From assembly GCA_048940925.1 (NCBI GenBank), contig JBHLOC010000061.1, positions 10,778 to 22,817 of the forward strand: 12,040 bases of DNA, written 5' to 3'. The notes under the pieces were generated by a model. That model worked only from the letters and a program-made list of their open reading frames with translations. It had not been told where the DNA came from and searched no databases. Position numbers and translations under genes: made by a program. Source of the DNA: Promethearchaeota archaeon (GTDB lineage Archaea; Asgardarchaeota; Lokiarchaeia; Sigyniarchaeales; SOKP01). How positions within the stretch are numbered: position 1 is the first letter of the stretch; each line of letters begins with the position of its first letter. Positions 1 to 7,501 of the stretch are shown in pieces.

Positions 1-106
1 GGAAATTCATTTTTATTTTAACTACTTTATTTATAATTCTTTTAATGGAGGAATTTTCATTCATAAATTATTTCATATTAAAATGGTACCTTTAACAATC
101 TAAAAA

Positions 107-142
107 AATATTAAAAATTGTGTAATTTCTAAAAAGAAAGAA
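107..142 (+). repeat. Copy 1 of a 36-bp imperfect direct repeat (copy 2 at 1996..2031), promoter-proximal
   Basis: aatattaaaaattgtgtaatttctaaaaagaaagaa vs aatattaaaaattatgtaattacttaaaggaaagaa, 32/36 identical without gaps by manual alignment. Ends 30 nt before the ATG at 173 and is followed by a TATA-like taataaat. Confidence 0.65.
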
Positions 143-172
143 GTAATAAATTAACAAATACTCGAGATAGTT

Positions 173-943
173 ATGAAAGATTTAACAATTAAAGAGATAG
201 GAGCCAAATTAGCTTTAGCCGGAAGGCTAAAAGCAAGTCCTTTATGCGTCTATGGTTCAGAAACCGTTCCTGATTATGCTATTCCTATAAAAAAGATTAA
301 TCGTTGTATTGCAAACGCTATTTTTTCGTTATCATTTGATCAAAATATCAATGCTGTGTATATCGGAAATGATACTTTGGAGGGTTGTTGTCCAGGAGGG
401 CAAGCATGGTTTGGTTATAAAACATTTCTACCAATGCTAAAATATTTTTTATCAACAGGTTCAGATAATTATAGAAATGGTGCAGCTGAATTTTTAATAG
501 CAACTCCTGATCTTGCTGAAAAACAACTAAATTCTATTAAAAAGATTAAACCTCTCGGAAAGCATATTGTAATTCGAAAATGTGACGATATAGTTGAAGA
601 AGATTTTGATGTAAAGGAAATAATTTGTTTTGGACTTTCAGAACAAATAAGAAATCTATGTTCATTGGCCTATTTTCGACCAGAAGAAGGATTTAATATA
701 TTAATTCCTTGGGGACCTTCATGTGCCTCCTTTGTAACATATCCAGCAGGTATGGTTGAAAAGGGAATAAAAGACAGTATTATTATTGGTCCAACTGATC
801 CTACTGGAAATAATTGGTTTCCTCAAGATTACCTCTCGATGGGTATTCCATTTGAGTGTGCTAAACGTATGGCTAATGATCTTGGTGATTCTTTTATTAT
901 AAAACGATCTGAAATTGCTTATCCGATAAAGCGGAAAACTTAA
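173..943 (+). CDS. DUF169 (COG2043-like) family protein, Cys-containing, function unknown
   Basis: 256-aa ORF, ATG..TAA. Pattern CCPGG..WFG..FLSTG..AEF, later GPSCASFVTYP, GPTDP and LSMGIP, resembles DUF169 proteins. An adjacent paralogous fragment differs mostly at synonymous sites, which supports coding status. Confidence 0.75.
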   Translation: MKDLTIKEIGAKLALAGRLKASPLCVYGSETVPDYAIPIKKINRCIANAIFSLSFDQNINAVYIGNDTLEGCCPGGQAWFGYKTFLPMLKYFLSTGSDNYRNGAAEFLIATPDLAEKQLNSIKKIKPLGKHIVIRKCDDIVEEDFDVKEIICFGLSEQIRNLCSLAYFRPEEGFNILIPWGPSCASFVTYPAGMVEKGIKDSIIIGPTDPTGNNWFPQDYLSMGIPFECAKRMANDLGDSFIIKRSEIAYPIKRKT

Positions 944-1120
944 TAATCTAAAAAGATAAAAAAGAAATTGCCCCATAGGTTAATAAATTTAAGTATTTTT
1001 ATGTTTACTAAGCCAATTTTAATCCTATTATTCCCATTGATTCTGTTAATGTGAGTATAAACTAAATTCTGAATATGATCTATACGATAAAATAAATTTG
1101 AAAAAAATTATTTTAATGTT

Positions 1121-1525
1121 TTATACTTGCCATGATCCAAGTATAAATCCTGCAATTGTAAAAGCTACAAAATAATATCCTACCTCAATAAAATATGCTT
1201 TTATGTTCTTATCTTCATAAATAACTTTGTAAAGCCCAACTACAATAGCAATCACTCCTAAAATCAATCCAATTAAAAAAATTGTTATAAAATCATAGAT
1301 ACCGATGAGATCTAAGAGAAGAGCAAGAAATAAAGTTATAATAAACGCGTATAATGCAACTCTAATAAATATTTTTGGCTCAGCCTTTAATTCATCTAAA
1401 TCAAAATTCTTAGCCTTAGCCCATATTTCACCAAACAGAAGTTTGGAATACCAGAGAGCACCATAAGTAAAATAAATAACGGTAATGATCAAAATTGCCC
1501 AAAGATTTATCAGTTTTTCTCACAT
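1121..1525 (-). CDS. DUF1761 family 4-TM membrane protein; ATG at 1525 followed immediately by in-frame TGA (possible pseudogene or alternative start at CTG 1513 / TTG 1492)
   Basis: GALWYSKLLFGEIW and C-terminal I-E-V-G-Y..ILGSW match DUF1761. The frame extends upstream of the called TTG (1492) as ATG TGA GAA AAA CTG ATA AAT CTT TGG GCA ATT TTG = M*EKLINLWAIL, which restores the family's IN.(W/L)A(I/V)L N-terminus. Confidence 0.75.
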
Positions 1526-1592
1526 TCAAAAATTAATAAATTTTATTATGAAATTATTATAGAGAATATAAATTGCTGTTTACTTTGAAAAA

Positions 1593-1614
1593 TTATATTT
1601 CTTTAGAAATATAA
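1593..1614. promoter_or_regulatory. Perfect 10-bp inverted repeat with 2-nt spacer, operator-like
   Basis: ttatatttct-tt-agaaatataa, located between the divergent DUF1761 start (1525) and the DUF169 fragment (1681). It is AT-rich, so chance cannot be excluded. Confidence 0.35.
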
Positions 1615-1680
1615 ACTTGAGGGTAAAACTTCCTAAAATTTTGTGATCAAAAAAGGAGCAATTATATTTAAATTTTATAA

Positions 1681-1947
1681 GAATTCGAAATTCAAATGCC
1701 CTGGGGACCTTCATGTGCTTCTTTTGTGACATATCCTGCGGGTATGGTAGAAAATGGAACAAAAAATAGTATTATTATTGGCCCAACTGATCCTACAGGT
1801 AATTATTGGTTTCCCGAGAACTATTTGTCGATGGGGCTACCATTTGAGATTGCTAAACGTATGGCTAATGATTTTGAGAGTTCATTTATTGTTAAAAGAT
1901 CTGAGATAGCTTATCCAAAAAAACGCAAATTTTTCAATTCTGAATAA
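1681..1947 (+). pseudogene. 5'-truncated paralog of the DUF169 gene at 173..943 (C-terminal third only)
   Basis: 64/78 aa identical to the C-terminus of the 173..943 protein. Homology extends upstream of the ATG at 1696 (EFEIQMPW vs GFNILIPW) to an in-frame TAA at 1678..1680, so that ATG is an internal codon. Confidence 0.85.
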
Positions 1948-1995
1948 GTAGAAAAAATTATAATTTTTCAATTAAGTCTAAGAAGCTTGAGAAAT

Positions 1996-2031
1996 AATAT
2001 TAAAAATTATGTAATTACTTAAAGGAAAGAA
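1996..2031 (+). repeat. Copy 2 of the 36-bp imperfect direct repeat
   Basis: 32/36 match to 107..142. Contains the dyad aatta-tg-taatt and is followed by TATA-like tttaatac, 74 nt upstream of the TPR ATG. Confidence 0.65.
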
Positions 2032-2105
2032 TTTAATACATATTATATGAGAAAATTAAATGAGTTACCATTTTTTTCTTATTAATATATTAATATTAAA
2101 CAGCA

Positions 2106-2963
2106 ATGAAAGACCAAAACAATTTGAGGGTGGAAGATCCTGAGGATCCTGAGGAATGGTTTGATCTAGGGGTGAGGCTTGGAGAAAAAGGAGATCTAAT
2201 AGAATGTATTGAAGCTTTCAAAAAAGGATTAAAACTTAATCCACGAGATGTGACTGCGTGGATTAATCTAGGAGTCGCTCACGGTCAGAATGGAGATTCT
2301 CAGGCTGAAATCGAAGCATACAAGAAAGCTCTTCAACTTGATCCTACAAATGTAGAGGTCTGGGTCAATCTTGGTGTAGTTTATGAAGAGATAGACAATT
2401 TTAAGAAGGCAATTGATGCATATAAGAAAGCACTGGAGCTCGATTCAGAAGATTCAGATATTTGGTTTGATCTTGGAGTTGCTCTTGAGAGGATGGAAGA
2501 ATATGAAAAAGCAATTAAAGCATATAAAAAAGCTTTAGCAATTAATCCAAATGATGCTCAAGCGTTTCTTAACTTTGGAGTTGCTCAGATACAGATGGAT
2601 AATTATGAAGAAGCGTTGAAAGCTTTTAAGAAAGCGTTAGAAATTGATCCAAATGATGAGAAAGCATGGTATAACCTTGGATTAACGCTCGGATTGACTG
2701 GTAATGTTGATGAAGAGATTAAGTCTTACCGTAAAGCCCTTGAACTCGATTCAGAAATAGAACTCGCATGGTATAACCTTGCGGTAGCTCTTGAGAAAAA
2801 GGAAGATTATGAGAGGGCAATAGAGGCATATAGAAAGGTAATTGAACTTAATCCAGAGGATGATGAGACTTGGGAGGACCTCAGTATAGTTCTCAGAAAA
2901 GTGGGTGATCATGAGGGGGCAATAAAAGCACAAAATAAAGCAAAGCTACTAAGAAAAGAATAA
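2106..2963 (+). CDS. Tetratricopeptide repeat protein (8 tandem TPRs, no other domain)
   Basis: Eight 34-aa units of W..LG......G/D...A...Y.KAL...P/S.D, e.g. AWINLGVAHGQNGDSQAEIEAYKKALQLDP and AWYNLAVALEKKEDYERAIEAYRKVIELNP. Confidence 0.95.
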   Translation: MKDQNNLRVEDPEDPEEWFDLGVRLGEKGDLIECIEAFKKGLKLNPRDVTAWINLGVAHGQNGDSQAEIEAYKKALQLDPTNVEVWVNLGVVYEEIDNFKKAIDAYKKALELDSEDSDIWFDLGVALERMEEYEKAIKAYKKALAINPNDAQAFLNFGVAQIQMDNYEEALKAFKKALEIDPNDEKAWYNLGLTLGLTGNVDEEIKSYRKALELDSEIELAWYNLAVALEKKEDYERAIEAYRKVIELNPEDDETWEDLSIVLRKVGDHEGAIKAQNKAKLLRKE

Positions 2964-3083
2964 ATTATTCTGAATTTCTAAGCTAATTTTGTTCTGAACA
3001 TTATTCAAGAAATCCTCGTTGAATTTTCAATATAATAATTCAAAATCATAACGTATTTATGAAATAATATATTTTAAGAAGTA

Positions 3084-3788
3084 ATGAAGACAAAAAAGGA
3101 AAAAAACAACAGTGAGTTGTGCCAATCCACTATTAATCCCAGCGAGTGGAAGGGAAGAACAATAGAAATTGATGACGCTGGGACAGGAGATCTCGTCGGG
3201 GATGCATTCATTGGTTTAAGAGATACTGAAAGTGAAAAAATTTTATTTCAATCAGTTCCCGTGGGACTCTATAATGAAGATAATTTGGATGATGATAAGC
3301 CTAAAAAGCATATACTAAAGGTTGTTATAAAAACTCTTAAAAAACTTAAATACGACAAAGGAGATAGAATACTTTTATGTCGGGGTAATTGTTTTGATCT
3401 TGTCAGACAATATTTTAAAGAGAATAAAATATATTATGAACCTGCAATTGTAGAAGGAGAACTTCAAAACGCCGTGGAAGGTAGATATATCGAACATCTT
3501 AGAAACCTCGGCATCACCTCTCGAAATCTTACGACAGAATCTGGTGCAAAACGTTATTTTATCTCATTTAACTGGGTTTGCCAAGATTTCCCCAATCGAG
3601 AACGTTTCGTTAAGAAAGGGTTTCCATCTTGGGAAAAGAGGTGGAGAAAGATTGCAGTGAAGAGATATGAGGATAAATATAAAAATAAATCTCGTGAAAG
3701 AGATAGAATAATGAGACGGGCAGAGGAGATATTTAAACTTATGAATCAAAATTGTCCTTCTTCAAATAAAATTCTTTCTCAAAGTTAA
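3084..3788 (+). CDS. Conserved hypothetical protein, probable divergent RNase HII-like fold
   Basis: 234-aa ORF. IEIDDAGTGDLVG resembles RNase HII motif I (GIDEAGRGP..G), IVEGE resembles I.KGD, and VKKGFPSW resembles the C-terminal R.S(W/F) motif. Confidence 0.6.
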   Translation: MKTKKEKNNSELCQSTINPSEWKGRTIEIDDAGTGDLVGDAFIGLRDTESEKILFQSVPVGLYNEDNLDDDKPKKHILKVVIKTLKKLKYDKGDRILLCRGNCFDLVRQYFKENKIYYEPAIVEGELQNAVEGRYIEHLRNLGITSRNLTTESGAKRYFISFNWVCQDFPNRERFVKKGFPSWEKRWRKIAVKRYEDKYKNKSRERDRIMRRAEEIFKLMNQNCPSSNKILSQS

Positions 3789-4010
3789 GATCTTGAATAA
3801 ATTTTTTTGTATTTCAATTTTAAATTTGAATTTAGGCAATAATTAAAATTGTATCATCCTATTAAACTTTTTATTGTTTTACTTAATAGTTTTTATATAC
3901 AATGTTATTATAAGCTAATTTTAGCAAACTTTTAATTGTCTAAACAGAAGTTTTAATTTAGGCAGGATTATAAATGATTTAAAATTTAATATGGAGAATT
4001 ATTTCGCTAT

Positions 4011-4015
4011 GGAGG
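4011..4015 (+). promoter_or_regulatory. Shine-Dalgarno-like GGAGG
   Basis: ggagg lies 9 nt before the ATG at 4025. Confidence 0.6.
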
Positions 4016-4024
4016 AATTAAAAA

Positions 4025-4870
4025 ATGGCAAAGCAAGATAAAATTGGAGGGTATGAGTTTATAGCTAAAGGGTCAATCCAAGAAACGATGATAGGACCAT
4101 TGTGGGTTAGAGCTATGTTAAGTAAAAAATATCCCGAAGTATTAGAAGATCCAAAAGCCGTGGATATCCTTAGAAAAATAGATATTGATTTTTCAGAGTT
4201 AAAAGAACATTTAGGTAGATGGCGCGGTATCGGTCTTCTTGCTCGAGCAAGAAATCTTGATAATGCTGTGAAGGATTATATAAAAGAATATCCACAAGCT
4301 ACAGTGGTTAATATTGGAGCAGGATTAGATACAACTTTTCATCGAATAGATAATGGAAGTATTAAATGGTATGATTTAGATTTACCTGATGCTATAGAAT
4401 TCCGCAAACAATTAATTCCTGAAACTTCAAGGAGTAAATACGTGCCAAGATCAGTATTTAATTTTGATTGGCTTAATGAGGTAGAATATGATCAGACTAA
4501 AGGTATTTTTTTCATAGCGGGAGGATTTATTTATTATTACAAAGAAGAACAAATTTCTAAACTTTTCATAACATTAGCAAATAAATTTCCTGGAGGAGGT
4601 ATAGCATTTGATTGTGTCAATAAAATAGCAGCAAAAATTATCAATAGAAGAGCTAAAAAATATAGCTCTGAATTATCTTTTTCTTTACCTGTTGGAAATC
4701 CAGAGAAAATAATTTTAAAATGGTCTGATAAACTACAAATTAAAGAATGGTACACGATGTATTCTCGATTACCACGTAATGTTAAGTTGCATAAGAAGAT
4801 ACGTAGAATGATAAAAGGCAGTGAATTGCTCAAAATTGCTAAAATTGTTATTGTAGTATTTAAAGATTAG
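4025..4870 (+). CDS. Class I SAM-dependent methyltransferase, LCM / TcmP-YktD-like (COG3315)
   Basis: IQETMIGPLWVRA, L.DPKA, AR...D, VVNIGAGLDTTFHRIDNG.IKWYDLDLPD.IEFR and FFIAGGF..Y are the motif series of this family. Confidence 0.9.
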   Translation: MAKQDKIGGYEFIAKGSIQETMIGPLWVRAMLSKKYPEVLEDPKAVDILRKIDIDFSELKEHLGRWRGIGLLARARNLDNAVKDYIKEYPQATVVNIGAGLDTTFHRIDNGSIKWYDLDLPDAIEFRKQLIPETSRSKYVPRSVFNFDWLNEVEYDQTKGIFFIAGGFIYYYKEEQISKLFITLANKFPGGGIAFDCVNKIAAKIINRRAKKYSSELSFSLPVGNPEKIILKWSDKLQIKEWYTMYSRLPRNVKLHKKIRRMIKGSELLKIAKIVIVVFKD

Positions 4871-5560
4871 TTACCAAGATATTTCTTTCCTATCCATGTA
4901 AAATTTACCAGTTTGTACATTCTTAGCTGTAGAGAGCCATACGGCTGTATCGGCCCCTTCTTCTACACTTCTAGGCGCATATTGGCCACCCATATCTGTT
5001 CTCACCCAACCTGGAGACATTGAAAAAACCTTAATTTCTCTTGGAAGCTCCATTGATATCTTATAGGTTAAGGCATTTAAAGCAGTTTTAGAGATACTAT
5101 ACGCTGGAGACCCTGATACGGCGTTACTAAATGATCCCATGCCACTAGATACATTGATAATTCTCCCATCTCCACTTTCCTTTAATAAACTTATAAATAC
5201 CTGAATTAATTTAAAGGGACCTATGAAATTTGTTTCCATCGTCTTTCTAACAATATCCATATCTACATTTAGAATTGATCTTCTCCCATCAAGCGATATC
5301 CCCGCATTATTTATAAGAATATCTAACTTCCCATACTTATTCCTTACATAATCCACTACTTCATTGATACTAATAATATCAGTTACATCTAATTGATGAA
5401 AATCTACTTTCAGACCTTCATTTTCTAATTGGATAACTGCTTTCTCCCCATTGTCCTCATCTCTAGCAGTTAATATTACAGTAAGTCCAACTTTAGCCAA
5501 TTGATGGCAAATTTCAAAACCAATACCTCTATTTCCTCCTGTAACCAAGGCTACTCTCAT
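4871..5560 (-). CDS. Short-chain dehydrogenase/reductase (classical SDR, carbonyl-reductase-like, likely NADPH)
   Basis: TGGNRGIG, LTARD, LDVTD, LINNAGI, INVSSG, catalytic YSISK, PGWVRTDMGG..APRSVEEGADT. Confidence 0.95.
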   Translation of the reverse strand: MRVALVTGGNRGIGFEICHQLAKVGLTVILTARDEDNGEKAVIQLENEGLKVDFHQLDVTDIISINEVVDYVRNKYGKLDILINNAGISLDGRRSILNVDMDIVRKTMETNFIGPFKLIQVFISLLKESGDGRIINVSSGMGSFSNAVSGSPAYSISKTALNALTYKISMELPREIKVFSMSPGWVRTDMGGQYAPRSVEEGADTAVWLSTAKNVQTGKFYMDRKEISW

Positions 5561-5693
5561 AATTTTAACCTTTTTTTTAAATTACTTTAAAAATAATAAA
5601 TCGTGTAAAATAGGAAGTTGCTTTTTTAACATATATTATTTAAGACAAATTTTAATTTTTTTTTTAATTCAAATGTGTTAATCTTTTTTAAAA

Positions 5694-6527
5694 TTATAAG
5701 CTCATAGAAGTTGGATCCCAACCAGTTCGAAGGTTTTCATCAAAATTATCTAAAGTACTCATATCGCCAGAAGATATATTGAAATCGAACACATTACTGT
5801 TTTCTTCGATTCTCTCTGGATGTGAGGATTTTGAAATGACAATTACATCTTTTTGTAATGCCCATCGAAGTAAAATTTGAGCAGAAGTTTTTGAATATTT
5901 TGAAGCAATTTCAAGTAATTTTGGATCATTCAACTTATAGCCTTTAGTTAAAGGACTATAAGCTTCTAGTTCAATATTTTTGGATTTTAAGAAATCTAAT
6001 AACGCTTTTTGATATGTATATGGGCTAAATTCGACTTGGTTTACCGCTGGAATTAAGTCATCACTATCAAATATTTCTTTAATATGTTTGATTGTATAGT
6101 TACTAACTCCTATTGCTCTACATTTCTCATGTTTTAATATTTCTTTCAAGGCTCTCCATGAATCCAATCGTAAATCCTTTACCGGCCAATGAATTAAATA
6201 TAAATCTATATAACTAAAATTTAATTTTTTAAGGCTTTTGTCAAAAGCTTTTAAGGTAGAATGATAACCATGGTCTGAGTTCCATAATTTAGTAGTCACA
6301 AATATTTCATCTCTAAGGATGCCAGAATCTTTTATTGCTTTCCCTACATCAATTTCATTTTGATAAAAAGCAGCTGTATCGATTAGTCTATAACCGATTT
6401 TTAAAGCATGAGAAACAGAGTTATATGTTTCTTTGCCAGGCGCTACACGATAAGTTCCAAAACCAAATTTTGGCATTTTTACTCCATTAGTTAATTCTAT
6501 ATTAGTGTTAATATTAATATTTTTCAT
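5694..6527 (-). CDS. Aldo/keto reductase (2,5-diketo-D-gluconate reductase / AKR5-like); start revised to ATG 6527
   Basis: GFGTY, GYRLIDTAAFYQNE, FVTTKLWN, DLYLIHWP, IGVSNY, NQVE and LRWALQ motifs. ATG at 6527 is preceded by gagga and removes the overlap with the upstream gene implied by the 6572 start. Confidence 0.95.
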   Translation of the reverse strand: MKNININTNIELTNGVKMPKFGFGTYRVAPGKETYNSVSHALKIGYRLIDTAAFYQNEIDVGKAIKDSGILRDEIFVTTKLWNSDHGYHSTLKAFDKSLKKLNFSYIDLYLIHWPVKDLRLDSWRALKEILKHEKCRAIGVSNYTIKHIKEIFDSDDLIPAVNQVEFSPYTYQKALLDFLKSKNIELEAYSPLTKGYKLNDPKLLEIASKYSKTSAQILLRWALQKDVIVISKSSHPERIEENSNVFDFNISSGDMSTLDNFDENLRTGWDPTSMSL

Positions 6528-6564
6528 AATATTCCTCTCGTTTAATTCATATATTAATTCAAAT

Positions 6565-7173
6565 TTAACCAAGATACTTTATTTTTGCCAACCATGCTTT
6601 AGCATCACCAAAGTTAGATTCAAATACTTCCTCTTCAATGGATTTTATTTCCCAGTTATGATTGAAAGTTTTGTATATAATCTCTTTACTAATTCTTCTT
6701 GGGCCAAATCCTGGAGGTTCTAAGTCGCTGAAACAAAGCATATAATAGTATCCTTGAGCATATAAAACATTAGACAAACTATTTTTGAAACATGTTCTTT
6801 CTGAATGACTAAATGTATGAAATAAGCCAGAATCAATAATTATATCAAATTTTTGATTTAAATTTTCGAGTTCAAGAGCATTCATTACATAAAATTTGAC
6901 ATTTATATTCCTTTCATCAGCTTTCTGTATTGCTCTATTAATAGCGTCTTTAACATAATCAATACCAGTGACATCAAATCCAAATTTTGCAAATAATATT
7001 GAATTTTCTCCAGTTCCACAGCCTACATCAAGAGTTTTTCCTTTTAAGGTAATTTGTTTTACTAACCGCATAAAAGCTTTTTGTGGGTGTCCAATCTCCC
7101 AAGGGGGATTATTATTGTAAATATTTATAAAAAAATTTTGTTCTGATTGATTAGAATAATATAAATTATCCAC
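6565..7173 (-). CDS. Class I SAM-dependent methyltransferase (PPW.IG.PQ subfamily)
   Basis: PPWEIGHPQ, LDVGCGTGEN, VTGIDY, FDIIIDSGLFH and LCFSD.EP...GPRRIS motifs. GTG start is preceded by aggtga. Confidence 0.92.
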   Translation of the reverse strand: MDNLYYSNQSEQNFFINIYNNNPPWEIGHPQKAFMRLVKQITLKGKTLDVGCGTGENSILFAKFGFDVTGIDYVKDAINRAIQKADERNINVKFYVMNALELENLNQKFDIIIDSGLFHTFSHSERTCFKNSLSNVLYAQGYYYMLCFSDLEPPGFGPRRISKEIIYKTFNHNWEIKSIEEEVFESNFGDAKAWLAKIKYLG

Positions 7174-7179
7174 ACAAAT

Positions 7180-7185
7180 TCACCT
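7180..7185 (-). promoter_or_regulatory. Shine-Dalgarno-like AGGTGA
   Basis: The minus strand reads aaaaaggtgaatttgt-GTG upstream of the 7173 start. Confidence 0.55.
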
Positions 7186-7501
7186 TTTTATCATATAGAT
7201 CACGATAAAAATGAGATTAAAAAGATTAAGTTTATATTTTAGTATATATCTTCAAACAGGACTTATAGAAATTAATATTATACAATAATTTATCATGATT
7301 TCATTAATCTCTTAAAAAGAGCTATTAATATGCTAGCAAAATACATTAGGAATAGAAAGAAACTATAAAAAATGCTAAATTAAGTCCACGAATGATACCT
7401 TTTAATTCTCTAGTATGTACAATTAAGAAAAAGTGGAACTAACTTCAGGTTCTAGCTTTTTTTCCTAAATTTTTTTAATAATTTTATATTAAAATTAATA
7501 C

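Noticed and set aside
1-10. Possible start (ATG at 10, minus strand) of a divergent gene leaving the window
   Set aside because: Only three codons are visible, so it cannot be supported.
719-976. 85-aa minus ORF
   Set aside because: Antisense shadow of the DUF169 gene with no motifs.
965-984. aaattgccccataggttaat resembles the DUF1761 5' end (aaattgcccaaagatttat, 1492..1510), reading INLW on the minus strand
   Set aside because: Only about 20 nt with a gap in AT-rich DNA, too short to call a second DUF1761 relic.
1580-1762. 60-aa minus ORF
   Set aside because: Overlaps the DUF169 fragment antisense and has an AT-driven F/K-rich composition.
707-1947. DUF169 pair as a diversity-generating retroelement TR/VR
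   Set aside because: Differences involve all four bases and are mainly third-position, not adenine-specific, and there is no RT in the window.
2080-2095. Perfect 16-bp palindrome tattaatatattaata before the TPR gene (similar AT-only dyad at 7479..7497)
   Set aside because: Composed only of A/T and low in complexity, so expected by chance in these spacers.
2751-4833. Minus-strand ORFs 2751..2933, 3564..3749 and 4537..4833
   Set aside because: Each lies entirely antisense to a well-supported gene.
6505-6723. 72-aa plus ORF, and the 6572 start / 8-nt overlap for the AKR
   Set aside because: The ORF is antisense to two real genes. The AKR start at 6527 has an SD-like site and fits the usual family length.
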